UHGV virus genome: UHGV-0209088
DNA length: 64,000 nt
Reading direction: 5' to 3' (one strand)
Source: a virus
Within the stretch, counting starts at the first letter, position 1. Each line of letters opens with the position of its first letter. This document shows, piece after piece, positions 54,123 through 64,000 of this stretch. The notes beneath the pieces were generated by a model. That model worked only from the letters and a program-made list of their open reading frames with translations, had not been told where the DNA came from and did not search any database. The position numbers and the translations under genes are program-made.

Positions 54123-57065
54123 ATGTCGATTACAATTCCCGTCAGCGCCCAGTTTAACGGCGATGATGTCAAAAAGCAGATTGCGCAGATCAACGCCGCA
54201 ATCAAGCAGATGGGTGATGCCGTCGCGAAGGCGAACGGTCAGAAGTTTGAGCCGATCACGCTGCACGGCAAGGAAGACCTGAAATACTTCGTTCAGCAGT
54301 CTGAAAAGCTGCTGAAGATTCAGGGCGAGCTGCGCAACAGGATGAAGAACTCAGGCCAGGAGGGGAAAAACCCCTTCATGGCAAACTGGGGCAACCTCTA
54401 CCTGAACGAGACCACGCGCCTCAAGCGTCAGCAGGAGGCGCTGATCTTCCTTGGTGCATCGTTCGAAGACCTCAACGCTCCGAACAGGCCGAAGACGCCG
54501 CCGTCTCCGCCGCCAATCAACCGTACTCCCCCTGGCGGGTCCGGTGGAGGCGGTGGCGGCCGTGGCCCGGGTGGTGGCAATCCATGGTGGAACCAGGGCA
54601 ACAGGATCATCAATTCTGGCCTGAATGCTGCTGGCCCGGTGGGAAAGGTTGCTTCCGGCGCGCTCGACACCGGCATGTCCGCTGGTTTCGGTGCTGGCCT
54701 CATGGGTCTGGTCGGCGGCGTTCTGGCTCTCGGCGTCGGCAAGCTCGTCAGCGGCGTCATGGAGAAGATCGACCAGGCCGAGCAGAACAACATTGCCTAC
54801 GACCGCCTGAAGCGCACGCTGGGTGATGTCAATGTCTCGTTCGACGGGCTGAAAACCCTCGTTCACGACAGCGCCAACAACCTCGCCATCACCTTCGATG
54901 AGGCCGGGAAACTCAGTACGCAGTTCGCGAAGCTGGCTAACCTGTCGGACGACCAGTACAAGCAGCTCGCGCCTGAGCTGGGTACCGGCGTCGGATTTGC
55001 CCGCGGCTTCGGCCTCGACCCGTCGCAGTCTATGGGCCTGTTCGGAACCCTGCGCGGCATGCGCATCACGGGCAACGATCAGGACACCCGCCGCATGGCG
55101 CTCCTGATTGGCGAGACCATCGGCAAGTCCAATGCCTTCGCCAAGGCCGAAGAGGTGATGGATGCGATCGCCGGCTATGCCACCTCCCAGACGCGGAACT
55201 CTCTGAGCGCGGCCAACATCAGCGGCTATGCCGGGACTTACTCTGCCCTGGTCGGCTCCGGCATTCCCGGTCTCGACCCGGCTGGTGCTGGCGGAATGCT
55301 GGCCCGTATTAACTCGGCGCTGATGGCTGGCGGCGCCCACGGCGAGGCGTCTCAGTTCTTCTCGTCCATGGTCGCAAACAGGATGGGACTGGATCCCATT
55401 CAGATGGCGATTATGCGAGAGGGCGGGGCATTCGCGACCAATGACCAGATGTTCGGCTCCGGCAGCGCTGCGGCGCGCTACGGCATCCGTGGCCCGGGTG
55501 GCAGCTCGACCTTCCTGCAGGAGACGCTGGGCACGCTGCGCGGCAAATACCGCGATCCCGGCATGCTGGCGATGGCGACCGCTAACCATCTCGGCATCGG
55601 CGTCAATCAGGCGATGGCGCTGCTGAGCGTCAATCCGAACCAGATGGGCGACCTGCAGCGCGGCCTCTCCGGCGCTGGCATCGATATGTCGTCGCTGAAC
55701 TCCGCTGGGATCGCCAACCTCGCGAAGGTCTACACCGGTTCGGCGTCCGACCGTCAGGCCGTGGCAAACAGCCTCTATGGCCGTACCGGCGCGCAGGCGC
55801 TGACCTCGACCGAAGCTGACCGCCTGCGCACCGTCATGGCAAGCGGCGATGCCGACGCGCAGAAGAAGATGCTGGCCGAGCTCGTGGCCACCCGCGACCA
55901 GGAGCGCACCACCGGCTCCGATATCCGCGACAGCAAGAACCTGCTGGACAACATCAAAACGTCGATTGCCGACAAGCTGATCCCGCTGGTGACCGAAATG
56001 CGTCACGGAGTCATGGCGATTGCAGGCGTCGGCAAGGACGGCATGACACCCGGGAAGATTCAGGAGCGCGTCATCCGGGCGGAGTTCGATGACAAGGCGA
56101 ACCAGATCAGCCAGCGCTACAAGTCCCAAATTGACGAGCAGATGGAGCGCTACAACGAGGCGAAATCCCGCTCTCTGACGGTGCCGAATGCGGACGAGGC
56201 CAAAATCGAAGACCGCATGGAGCAGCAGAAGGCCATCAACGACCGTGTTGCGCAGGCCCAGAAGGATATGGCGGCCGCAGAAGCCGAAATCAAACGGATC
56301 CAAGGCGAGCGCGACAAAGAGCTGAGAGCCAATACTGCAGCGGCGGATGCACAGGTAGACCGCGCCTATGGGCGAGGTGGCAGCAACCCGCCTGCTGACT
56401 GGAAGCCGGGCGTCACGCCTATCGGTCGCATTACCGATGTGAAGGATCCTGAGAAGCAGCAGCGGCTTGCGGCGTTCCTCGAGACCATCAGGGCGTCAGA
56501 AGGCGCGAACTACAACACCATTGTAGGCGGGCGTTCTTTCTCTGATTACAGCGATCACCCGAACACTGTCGGCCTGATTACCGGTGACGGGCCAAGCACG
56601 GCAGCCGGGGGCTACCAGATTGTGGGCAAGACCTGGCGTGGCGTTAAGCGTCGGCTTGGCCTGACCGATTTCAGCCCGGAATCGCAGGACCGGGCGGCAA
56701 TCGAACTGCTCCGCCAGCGCGGCGCGCTCCAGGATGTCCTGAATGGAGATGTCGACGCGGCGGTCGCTAAACTGGGCGATGAGTGGCAGTCGCTGCCATC
56801 CGGTACCAGCCGGCACCAGGGCAAGCGCAGCTGGGGCTTCTTCCGAGACCAGTACCAGAAGGCGCTGGAGCGCAACAAACCGGCGCCGGCGCTGCTGCCG
56901 AACAACGATGCCAGCTCTGGCGGGCAGACGAACGTCAGCGTGAACGTCCCGGCCATCGAGGTGATCCACAAAAACGAGCGTGGCGAGCAGGTGGCGCCGA
57001 CGCAGACATTGCAGCCGAAAGTGGCCGTGGCCCAGCCGTTCGGCAAATTCGGTATGGGGGGCTAA
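54123..57065 (+). CDS. tail tape measure protein with C-terminal lambda-R-like lytic transglycosylase (GH104) domain (980 aa)
   Basis: long Ala/Gly-rich helical protein; C-terminal TIVGGRSFSDYSDHP...GGYQIVGKTW...GLTDFSPESQDRAAIELLRQRGAL...WQSLPSG aligns with phage lambda R. Confidence 0.8.
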   Translation: MSITIPVSAQFNGDDVKKQIAQINAAIKQMGDAVAKANGQKFEPITLHGKEDLKYFVQQSEKLLKIQGELRNRMKNSGQEGKNPFMANWGNLYLNETTRLKRQQEALIFLGASFEDLNAPNRPKTPPSPPPINRTPPGGSGGGGGGRGPGGGNPWWNQGNRIINSGLNAAGPVGKVASGALDTGMSAGFGAGLMGLVGGVLALGVGKLVSGVMEKIDQAEQNNIAYDRLKRTLGDVNVSFDGLKTLVHDSANNLAITFDEAGKLSTQFAKLANLSDDQYKQLAPELGTGVGFARGFGLDPSQSMGLFGTLRGMRITGNDQDTRRMALLIGETIGKSNAFAKAEEVMDAIAGYATSQTRNSLSAANISGYAGTYSALVGSGIPGLDPAGAGGMLARINSALMAGGAHGEASQFFSSMVANRMGLDPIQMAIMREGGAFATNDQMFGSGSAAARYGIRGPGGSSTFLQETLGTLRGKYRDPGMLAMATANHLGIGVNQAMALLSVNPNQMGDLQRGLSGAGIDMSSLNSAGIANLAKVYTGSASDRQAVANSLYGRTGAQALTSTEADRLRTVMASGDADAQKKMLAELVATRDQERTTGSDIRDSKNLLDNIKTSIADKLIPLVTEMRHGVMAIAGVGKDGMTPGKIQERVIRAEFDDKANQISQRYKSQIDEQMERYNEAKSRSLTVPNADEAKIEDRMEQQKAINDRVAQAQKDMAAAEAEIKRIQGERDKELRANTAAADAQVDRAYGRGGSNPPADWKPGVTPIGRITDVKDPEKQQRLAAFLETIRASEGANYNTIVGGRSFSDYSDHPNTVGLITGDGPSTAAGGYQIVGKTWRGVKRRLGLTDFSPESQDRAAIELLRQRGALQDVLNGDVDAAVAKLGDEWQSLPSGTSRHQGKRSWGFFRDQYQKALERNKPAPALLPNNDASSGGQTNVSVNVPAIEVIHKNERGEQVAPTQTLQPKVAVAQPFGKFGMGG

Positions 57066-57068
57066 CGC

Positions 57069-58631
57069 ATGCCAAGGCTCAAGGATGCATCGCCGCAGAT
57101 CTCCGTGCGGCTGTACAAAACCATCAGCCGGAAGACCGTTGACGGGCAGAGCGCTGTCTCGGCGCGCTATTCCGGCAAGGATGAGTATATCGACCTGACC
57201 CCGTATCTGGGTGATGGGTCGAGCGTGGTGACCAGCAAAGCCATCAGGGATCCGGCTGGGGCATTCTCAATCACGTTCGCTGACCGCCCGAACAGCTCCG
57301 GCGTGGCAATCGGGCCGGTTCTGCCGACTGCGGCGCTGGAGACCGTTTACGGCCTGGTGGAGCCGATGGACGTGGTGGAAATCCGCATGTGGGGCGGCGT
57401 CGGCCCGAAGCCGACTGTGCTGCCCATCAAAATGCGCGGGTTCGTCTCGCAGATCTCCCGCTCCCAGGCCATGAGCACGGACGGAAAGCCCGTGCGCACG
57501 GTGGTGGTGAGCGGGCAGGACTACGGCAAGATCTGGCAGACCTACCAGATTTTGTACCTGCAGGCTTACGCGGCGGGCAAGCCGCTGCTGACCACCTATA
57601 ACCTGTGGGAGATGTTCGGGGTGAACGCCCAGAACACCATGAAGGCGAGCGAGTTCGTCAAATCGGCGGTGGAGAAGATCCTGAACCCGCACATCAAGGG
57701 GTTCATGCCGGAACACTCGCCCATGCCGAAGGAAATGAAACTGGATATCACGGTTTCCCACGGCGTGGTCAACAATAGCTACCAGAGCCAGCAGGGGTCG
57801 ATTTACGACCTGCTGAAGTTCTACGGCGACGTGGGCATCTGGAACGAGCTCTACACCGAGGATCGCGAGGATGGCGTCTATGTCGTCTATCGCCCGACCC
57901 CGGCCCTGAGCATTTCCAAGCCGAAGGGCTCTGACAGCCGCAAAATTCAGGACGATGCGCCGGACCCGATCTACATCACCGTGGCGGACGAGGACATCCA
58001 GCGAATTGACACCGCGCGCAGCGATGCGAACGTGGCAAACTTCTACTGGGTGAGCAATCAGCGCTATGACCTGATTGATGACATCTACCGCAAGCTGCTG
58101 GCCATCAAGGACAGCGACACCACCGTCAACCTGAAGGACTACCCGAACGCCGCCGTCAAATATTATGGCGTGCGCCCGATGTATGGGGAAACCCAGCAGA
58201 GCGATGACGATGTGAAGAGCCTGACCACTGGCCTCGACAAGGAGGGGCAGGCGAAGCGCTCCGAGCGTTTCGAGGCGTGGATCGACAACCGCCGCCGCCT
58301 GATGGTGGAAATGAACAAGGATAACGTCGTGCTGGAGAGCGGAACCGCCCGCATCAAGGGCGGTCTGATGCGCCCGGCTGGCAAAGACGGTAAGGCGGAG
58401 TGCATGAAGGCAGGAGACTATGCCCGCTTTCAGCAGGGGAACCTGGAATTCGAGGGCTACATCGTCCAGATCACGGACGAATTTGTCCCGTACCAGAGTT
58501 ACACAACAACCATCAATTTCGAGCGCGGTACTGGCTTTGTGACCCGCGCGCAGATGGAAGGCGGCGTGAATAGCCCATGGCTCGCAGAGCAGGCCACGCG
58601 CACCATGAATCCGTTCGGGAAGATTTTATAA
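57069..58631 (+). CDS. Mu gpN-like (DNA circularisation protein family) tail protein (520 aa)
   Basis: size and position directly after tape measure as in Mu. Confidence 0.55.
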   Translation: MPRLKDASPQISVRLYKTISRKTVDGQSAVSARYSGKDEYIDLTPYLGDGSSVVTSKAIRDPAGAFSITFADRPNSSGVAIGPVLPTAALETVYGLVEPMDVVEIRMWGGVGPKPTVLPIKMRGFVSQISRSQAMSTDGKPVRTVVVSGQDYGKIWQTYQILYLQAYAAGKPLLTTYNLWEMFGVNAQNTMKASEFVKSAVEKILNPHIKGFMPEHSPMPKEMKLDITVSHGVVNNSYQSQQGSIYDLLKFYGDVGIWNELYTEDREDGVYVVYRPTPALSISKPKGSDSRKIQDDAPDPIYITVADEDIQRIDTARSDANVANFYWVSNQRYDLIDDIYRKLLAIKDSDTTVNLKDYPNAAVKYYGVRPMYGETQQSDDDVKSLTTGLDKEGQAKRSERFEAWIDNRRRLMVEMNKDNVVLESGTARIKGGLMRPAGKDGKAECMKAGDYARFQQGNLEFEGYIVQITDEFVPYQSYTTTINFERGTGFVTRAQMEGGVNSPWLAEQATRTMNPFGKIL

Positions 58632-59323
58632 TGGCAAGAAAGGGGATAGTCGTCGCGACGCACCCGGAAGACCACTCGGTTGACCTGGTAATGGTGGATA
58701 ACGGCGAGCGCTTGATCGGCGTTCAGGTGGAGGCTGGGAGCGCCAGCTCGCGCAGCGGGTCTATTGACCTGCCGGAAGCGCCCCAGAGGAAGGATAAGTG
58801 GGACATTACGCAGGAAACCGATCAGGAAATCCACGCCATCGTGGATTATGTCGGGCGCACTCCGACCGTGCGTGGGTTCCTGTTCCCGCAGATCAACCAG
58901 ATGCTGTTCAAAGATCCAAAGATGCGGTTCAACCGTCATCAGTCGGATGTGATGAGCTACACCGATGGCGATGGTAACTTCGGCATCATGCACCCGAGCG
59001 GTGCGTTCATCCAGGTAGGTGAGAAGCCTGAGAAGCCGGAACTGGCCAGCAAGAACGCGGACGCAAGCCTGAAACCTGACCGGAACACCGGCAAGAAGGT
59101 GTTCCTGCGCGTGGCGCTGGCGGGCAACGTGGCCGAGCTGACCATGACACCGGACGGCACCTGCACGCTGAAGCTGGAGAAGGATTTCGATGTTGAGGCG
59201 CAGGGCAACATCACCATGAAGGCCAAAGGGAATATGACGCTGGAGGCCGAGGGCGAGTTTCGCGCCAAGGCAGGTGGTAACGCCTACATCAACGGCGCGA
59301 ACGTGCGCCTGAACGAGGGCTGA
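58631..59323 (+). CDS. baseplate protein (230 aa)
   Basis: TAATG coupling; position before PAAR gene. Confidence 0.5.
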   Translation: MARKGIVVATHPEDHSVDLVMVDNGERLIGVQVEAGSASSRSGSIDLPEAPQRKDKWDITQETDQEIHAIVDYVGRTPTVRGFLFPQINQMLFKDPKMRFNRHQSDVMSYTDGDGNFGIMHPSGAFIQVGEKPEKPELASKNADASLKPDRNTGKKVFLRVALAGNVAELTMTPDGTCTLKLEKDFDVEAQGNITMKAKGNMTLEAEGEFRAKAGGNAYINGANVRLNEG

Positions 59324-59325
59324 TT

Positions 59326-59595
59326 ATGCCGGGAATCTCCCGTGTCGGCGTCGACGCTGCTGGCGGAACCATCGTCGGCAATCTGGCACCGACCGTCTTC
59401 GTCAACGGCGCGCCTATTGTGGTGAAGGGTGCTGATGTCGAGTCGCACCCGCCTTTTCCGCCGCATACCGGAAATCCCGTCATGGTCGGGTGTAGCTCCA
59501 CCGTGTTCGCCTGCGGCATCCCGGTGGTCCGCCAGGGTGATTTAGCCAGCTGCGGGCATCCAGCCAGCGGCAGCGGCAACGTGTTCGCAGGCTGA
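59326..59595 (+). CDS. PAAR-repeat spike tip protein (89 aa)
   Basis: PAAR-like GxPxxVKG and QGDLASCGH motifs, size ~90 aa. Confidence 0.65.
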   Translation: MPGISRVGVDAAGGTIVGNLAPTVFVNGAPIVVKGADVESHPPFPPHTGNPVMVGCSSTVFACGIPVVRQGDLASCGHPASGSGNVFAG

Positions 59596-59617
59596 GTCGT
59601 GATGCTAACGTGCAACT

Positions 59618-60802
59618 ATGTTCACGCAGACCGCACCAACTGACCAGAGGGCGGGTGTCCGCCCGATAGCCTTCCTGCTCCAGAAGCAGGGAGGATTCAG
59701 CACGCCTGTCACCCTGAAAATCCGACCGGAAGACCTGACCCGTAACGAGCCGTCCCGAGTGACCGTGACCCAGACTCTGGGCCGCGGAACTCAGGGCTGG
59801 GTCGATAACTTCGGGGAGGGTCTGCCGTCCGTCACCATCTCAGGGCATACCGGCTGGCGCTCGTCTGCCGGCAGCGGCGAGGATGGCGCCGAGGCGTTCG
59901 AAACCCTGAACAACCTGGTGCAGCACGAGTACCACAAGGCGAGGCAGGCGGCGATTGACGCAGGCATGGATCCGGCGACCGTCAAACTGCTGTTCATCGA
60001 TATGCTCGACGGCTTCACCTGGAACGTGACCCCGACGCAGTTCGTCCTGCGCCGCAGCCGGTCACGTCCGCTGCTGTTCCAGTACAATATCTCGCTGCAG
60101 GCGATCTCCACCGATATCGACAACCCGCTGATGGTGCTGCCGTTCTCCGGCAGCCTCTTCGCTGGCCTTGGCGCGCTAGGCAGCGTTATCAGCCGTATTG
60201 AGGGCTATGCGAACGAGATTAACGGCTGGATCTCGACGGCGGTGGCCTATAAGGACCGCCTGCTGGCGCCCATCGGAGCCACATTCCAGGCGTTCACCAA
60301 TATGTCCGCCAGGGTGTTCGGGGCGGTGAACTCGGTCATCACCAACGGCCAGAACGCCATCTCGAGCACGGCAAATACCCTCATCGGCTTTGCCAGCGAT
60401 ATCGCGAAGGTGGGGGCCAATATCAACCGGACGGTCTCGGCCATCGCCGGGATCCCCGACAACATCAAAGCGTCCATCAGCAAGATCGCGAGCGCCTACA
60501 GCGAAGCGTACTGTATTTTCAGGAACTCGCTGCGCCCGCGGAAGACCTACAACGACTATTCGGACCTCTACGGGGCGTCGAACTGCTCGTCCACCACCGG
60601 TGGTCGCCCGGCCAGCGATTATATCAACAGCAACGCGTTCGAGCTCATCCAGCCTGAGCGCGGCCCGGTCATGCTGACCAGCGGCGCCCAATCGGCCATT
60701 ACAACGCTGGGCAACGCTGACCCGGTTCTGGCGCCCGTCGATATGCGGGAAATGGATCGTCAGCTGAAAATCATCAACAGCGGGGTGACCTTCAATGGCT
60801 GA
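59618..60802 (+). CDS. baseplate hub/spike-associated protein (394 aa)
   Basis: position in baseplate cluster. Confidence 0.5.
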   Translation: MFTQTAPTDQRAGVRPIAFLLQKQGGFSTPVTLKIRPEDLTRNEPSRVTVTQTLGRGTQGWVDNFGEGLPSVTISGHTGWRSSAGSGEDGAEAFETLNNLVQHEYHKARQAAIDAGMDPATVKLLFIDMLDGFTWNVTPTQFVLRRSRSRPLLFQYNISLQAISTDIDNPLMVLPFSGSLFAGLGALGSVISRIEGYANEINGWISTAVAYKDRLLAPIGATFQAFTNMSARVFGAVNSVITNGQNAISSTANTLIGFASDIAKVGANINRTVSAIAGIPDNIKASISKIASAYSEAYCIFRNSLRPRKTYNDYSDLYGASNCSSTTGGRPASDYINSNAFELIQPERGPVMLTSGAQSAITTLGNADPVLAPVDMREMDRQLKIINSGVTFNG

Positions 60803-61409
60803 ATTTGAACGGGAGATGCCCAGCTATCGCCTGGCGGAAACTCACGCCGGCGATACGCTCCAGCGCGTGGCCGCCCGGGAGATGGGCGACGCAAACCGCT
60901 GGCCTGAGCTCGTCTGGATCAATAATCTCACCTCGCCGTACCTGACCGACATCCCGGCAGAGGCCAGCGCCACCGTGCTGCTGACCGGCTCGATGATCCG
61001 TATCCCGGCGCCGACCGGCATCAACACGGACGCAACCGAGCGGGCGCAGGTCTATGAGCGTGACTGCAAGATGGTCAAGCGCCGGCTGACGGATGACGGG
61101 AACGGGGATTTTGCGGTGGTCTCCGGCACCGATAACCTGAAACAGCAGCTCACACACCGCATTGTCACTCCGCGCGGCCAGCTCGTCCGCCATGCCGACT
61201 ACGGCTGTCTGGTCTGGCTGCTGCAGGGCAAGGTCGCCGGGCCGACAGCCGGCCTTCTCGGCGCGCAGTACGTCAAGGCGGCTCTGCAGGCAGATTATCG
61301 CGTCTCCAGCGTCACCAGCTCCACTGCGGAGGTGGACGGCGATACCACGCGCATCACAGCCACCGCTGAGGCGATCGCGGGCGGCAAGGTCGATATCTCC
61401 AATCAGTAA
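60795..61409 (+). CDS. baseplate wedge protein gp25/GPW-like with N-terminal LysM-like segment (204 aa)
   Basis: YRLAETHAGDTLQRVAAREMGDANRWPEL LysM-like; GTDNLKQQLTHRIVTPRGQLVRHADYG gp25-like. Confidence 0.6.
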   Translation: MAEFEREMPSYRLAETHAGDTLQRVAAREMGDANRWPELVWINNLTSPYLTDIPAEASATVLLTGSMIRIPAPTGINTDATERAQVYERDCKMVKRRLTDDGNGDFAVVSGTDNLKQQLTHRIVTPRGQLVRHADYGCLVWLLQGKVAGPTAGLLGAQYVKAALQADYRVSSVTSSTAEVDGDTTRITATAEAIAGGKVDISNQ

Positions 61410-61461
61410 AGAGTCGTGATGTCAGAATAGCAGCCATGTGTAATTTCATGGCGGCTGGACT

Positions 61462-62556
61462 GTGGCATTCCAAATAAAAGACTTCGTTTCCATTGTCGCG
61501 TCGATGCTCAACCATATGCGCGGCACCACGACGAAAATTACTGACCTGCAACCAGGTTCCGTGAGCCGAACACTGGTGGAAGCTCCCGCCGTCGAAATCG
61601 AAGAGCTGTATCTCCAGATCTTCAACGGCCTGCGCGAAGCCATTCCGGTTGCAACCTTCAAATCATTCGGGTTCGATAAGCTGCCAGCGGCCTACGCTCG
61701 CGGCTTTGTCAGCATTTCAAGGGCCGAAGCTCCTAATCCCGGCTTCCTCATTCCTGCCGGGACGATCTTCACGGCCAGTGACGGGAGAGCGTACCCGAGT
61801 TCGCAGGATACGTTATGGCCCACCGGTGCGAATTCCATTCGCGTTCCGGTCATCGCAGAGTCTCCCGGGATCGCCTGGAATATCTCGGCAGGCAGTATCG
61901 TGGCCTCCCCGGCTTTCGACAGCACCTACACGATCAGCAACTCCGCCATCAACAACGGGCGCGACCTCGAGAGCGACGCAGAGCGCGAGGCGCGCTTTGC
62001 CACCTTTATCGGTGCGCTATCCCGCGGCACCGTCTTTGCCTGCCTGGCCGCAGCGAAGTCCGCCACGGTGACCGATGAGTCGGGGAACATTCAGGAATAC
62101 GTGACCCGCATCGGCTACACCGAGATCGCTGGCTACGTGAAAATCTTCGTCTACACGTCTGCCGGGCTGCCGACAGCTGAATTGCTCTCCAACGGTCAGC
62201 GCATCATAGATGGCTGGGAGGATCCAGACACCGGCATCATCACGCCCGGGTACCGGTCTGGCGGCGTGAGGGTCGATGTGGTTGCCATGACCGAGAGGCC
62301 GATCCCCCTGACCGCCCGCGTCACAATGCAGACAGGGTACGAGCTGGATGAGACCGTTGAACAGGGTATCATTGACGAGTTCTCCACGCTGCTGGCATCA
62401 GTCAGCCCGGGGGAAGTGCTGTACATTGAAAGCATCGAAAACGCCCTGCTGAGCGTGGTCGGCGTCAAATCCGTGCTGATCTCGGCAACAGAAAACATCA
62501 CCTGTGAAGCAAACGAGGCGCTGATCCCCGGAGCGGTCACGGTGACGGCCCTATGA
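61462..62556 (+). CDS. baseplate J-like protein (Mu gp47 family, 364 aa, GTG start)
   Basis: Baseplate_J-like sequence, position after gp25-like. Confidence 0.7.
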   Translation: MAFQIKDFVSIVASMLNHMRGTTTKITDLQPGSVSRTLVEAPAVEIEELYLQIFNGLREAIPVATFKSFGFDKLPAAYARGFVSISRAEAPNPGFLIPAGTIFTASDGRAYPSSQDTLWPTGANSIRVPVIAESPGIAWNISAGSIVASPAFDSTYTISNSAINNGRDLESDAEREARFATFIGALSRGTVFACLAAAKSATVTDESGNIQEYVTRIGYTEIAGYVKIFVYTSAGLPTAELLSNGQRIIDGWEDPDTGIITPGYRSGGVRVDVVAMTERPIPLTARVTMQTGYELDETVEQGIIDEFSTLLASVSPGEVLYIESIENALLSVVGVKSVLISATENITCEANEALIPGAVTVTAL

Positions 62557-63959
62557 GCACTCTAAAGCGCCTGCTTGGCTCGCTGCACACGGCGGTCTTT
62601 GATACCTCGCCTGACAGCGGACTGGCCTTCTTCATCCGGCATCCGGATGGCATCGCCTGGTCCGTAGCGGACGAGACGCTGACCGCGACCGTCAACGGGC
62701 ATTCGAAGACCTATAAGCTCAATACCATGACGGTCGGCCAGCTGGCCGGGCAGATGGTGCTGGACGGCTTTGAGGTTACCGGCCTGCAGCCGGAATTCTC
62801 CGGCCTGTCAGCGTCCGTTCTGCTTGATGGGGCAGGGAACACGCTGAACTCCAACGGCGACCGCCTCTATGCCTTCCGCGACCTGCTGCGCTCGCTCTTT
62901 GGCGGCTATGCCCGTGAGCTGAGGACGGCGAAGGAGCAGATCGGCGAAGCGCTCAAGCAGATGGTCATCACCCAGGCCGAGGGGGAGTGGCTGGATTTAT
63001 GGGGCGCGCTGTACAACACGCCACGTAAATTCGGCCAGACCGACGCAGTCTATGCACCGCTGATCCCGCAAGAAGCCTTCCGGCTCCGCGTGAACGGATT
63101 CGCCATCGAGAAGGCTATCTTCGACCTGACCGGCCAAAGGGTTCATATCGAAGAGCCGTGGGGGTTCATGTTCCGCCTGGACGAGTCGAAGCTCTCCAGC
63201 ACCCACCGGCTGTATGACGGCGCCAGCGTCGGCTATCACCTCATTAGACCGGTGTCAGACAAGACGATCAACTGGACCGGCATCGTTGACATCATCGAGC
63301 GCAACAAGGCCGCAGGCGTCATCGTTCTGCCGCCAGAAGAGCGAAACCGGACCTACGTCAAAGATCCTCTGAATGGAACAATCTGGTTCCAGCAATGGTG
63401 GTTGTGGTCCCGCCTCGTCAAATACAGCGTTCTTCCGCGCCTTTCAGATACGCTCGCCCTGTCCGATTACGTGATGGACAGGAACTACAAGGTGGCGATA
63501 ACCTCGCTGCAAATGCTGACCAGCATCCCGGATGAGGTCAACGGCATCTTTATGCCGTCTTCTCCGTCGCATCTCCTGAGTTATGGCCCGGTTCTCTATC
63601 CGCAGGATAGCGAGATTTATCCGTACCATACCGGCTTCTTCATGCCGGCCTTCGTGCAGGTTTACCCTGAAATCAAGAAAACCTGGAGAACTGGCGGAAA
63701 ATGGGGCGGTTACCAAACATGGGCCAAGCTGTATAGCTGGAAAGTCTTCTCCAGAATGACAAGCTACAGCGAGAGCGCCTTCGTCGACGGCACGGTCAAT
63801 GGTTCAACAGTATCCGACGCTTTACAGGGTGCTGACTGGTCTATTCCAGAGGCATGGGACGAAAGAACGTGGTTTGGAGCTAATTCAGATCTGCCGTTGA
63901 ACTGGACGACATCAACGTGGTCGGAGCCTCCGTCCTCCTGGCGTGTGATTAAGGGATAA
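62553..63959 (+). CDS. baseplate/tail-fiber-associated protein (Mu gp48 position, 468 aa)
   Basis: ATGA coupling; position. Confidence 0.55.
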   Translation: MSTLKRLLGSLHTAVFDTSPDSGLAFFIRHPDGIAWSVADETLTATVNGHSKTYKLNTMTVGQLAGQMVLDGFEVTGLQPEFSGLSASVLLDGAGNTLNSNGDRLYAFRDLLRSLFGGYARELRTAKEQIGEALKQMVITQAEGEWLDLWGALYNTPRKFGQTDAVYAPLIPQEAFRLRVNGFAIEKAIFDLTGQRVHIEEPWGFMFRLDESKLSSTHRLYDGASVGYHLIRPVSDKTINWTGIVDIIERNKAAGVIVLPPEERNRTYVKDPLNGTIWFQQWWLWSRLVKYSVLPRLSDTLALSDYVMDRNYKVAITSLQMLTSIPDEVNGIFMPSSPSHLLSYGPVLYPQDSEIYPYHTGFFMPAFVQVYPEIKKTWRTGGKWGGYQTWAKLYSWKVFSRMTSYSESAFVDGTVNGSTVSDALQGADWSIPEAWDERTWFGANSDLPLNWTTSTWSEPPSSWRVIKG

Positions 63960-64000
63960 CGTCGTCGTGATGGGATAATTCCCTAAAAGGGGGATTATCC

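Noticed and set aside
54351-56303. 650-aa minus-strand ORF antisense to tape measure gene
   Set aside because: Reverse-frame artefact of GC-rich, Ala/Gly-codon-rich TMP gene; junk composition.

Overview
This window is about 64 kb of one temperate prophage or phage-plasmid on a GC-rich enterobacterial-type backbone (Klebsiella/Enterobacter-like codon usage). It contains no integrase, transposase, recognisable replication protein, rRNA, tRNA or CRISPR array.

Layout:
- 1-5700: a leftward (minus-strand) early operon. It has small DNA-binding proteins and a PAPS-reductase-family protein, and is driven by sigma70-like promoters that carry an 18-bp palindromic operator.
- 6660-7200: a non-coding iteron cluster with 17 GGAACT cores and an AT-rich (AAT)6 tract. 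This is a candidate origin or centromere.
- 7.3-21.4 kb: a long rightward accessory region with five DNA methyltransferases (MTases) of different classes. These are a phage Dam (pfam05869), a ParB-nuclease/MTase fusion, a Dcm-like C5-MTase with a very long variable region, a beta-class DPPY MTase, and a gamma-class NPPF MTase with a 400-aa N-terminal extension. The region also holds a lambda-type Ser/Thr phosphatase and a TadA/dCMP-deaminase-like protein.
- 21.4-23.1 kb: a MazEF/PemIK-like toxin-antitoxin pair and a low-GC AraC-family moron.
- 23.2-28.6 kb: a 1355-aa multidomain protein followed by a Nudix-like protein. The large protein has internal repeats, Pro/Glu/Lys-rich linkers, a kinase-like domain and a C-terminal R-S-E ADP-ribosyltransferase-like signature.
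- 32.5-36.0 kb: a beta-helix tailspike with a C-terminal S74 chaperone domain.
- 36.1-38.7 kb: an 877-aa GpA-like large terminase.
- 39.3-40.6 kb: a structured 1.2-kb non-coding gap.
- 40.6-64.0 kb: a complete Mu-like head and contractile-tail module. It has portal, Mu-F-like protein, scaffold, capsid, sheath, tube, a chaperone with a +1-frame extension, a tape measure with a lambda-R-like lytic transglycosylase domain, Mu-N-like protein, PAAR, gp25/W-like protein and baseplate J.

The most unusual signals are three recurrent intergenic elements. The first is a 19-bp tandem direct repeat, TAGGGCGC-N2-3-TAGGGCGC, found six times, and it resembles the Klebsiella phage K11/T7-family single-subunit RNAP promoter. 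The second is the palindromic operator TTRCTCAAAWATGAGYAA. The third is a GCTGAYGCTCTAA motif that sits just after stop codons. The putative injected kinase/ART/Nudix module is the other main point of interest.
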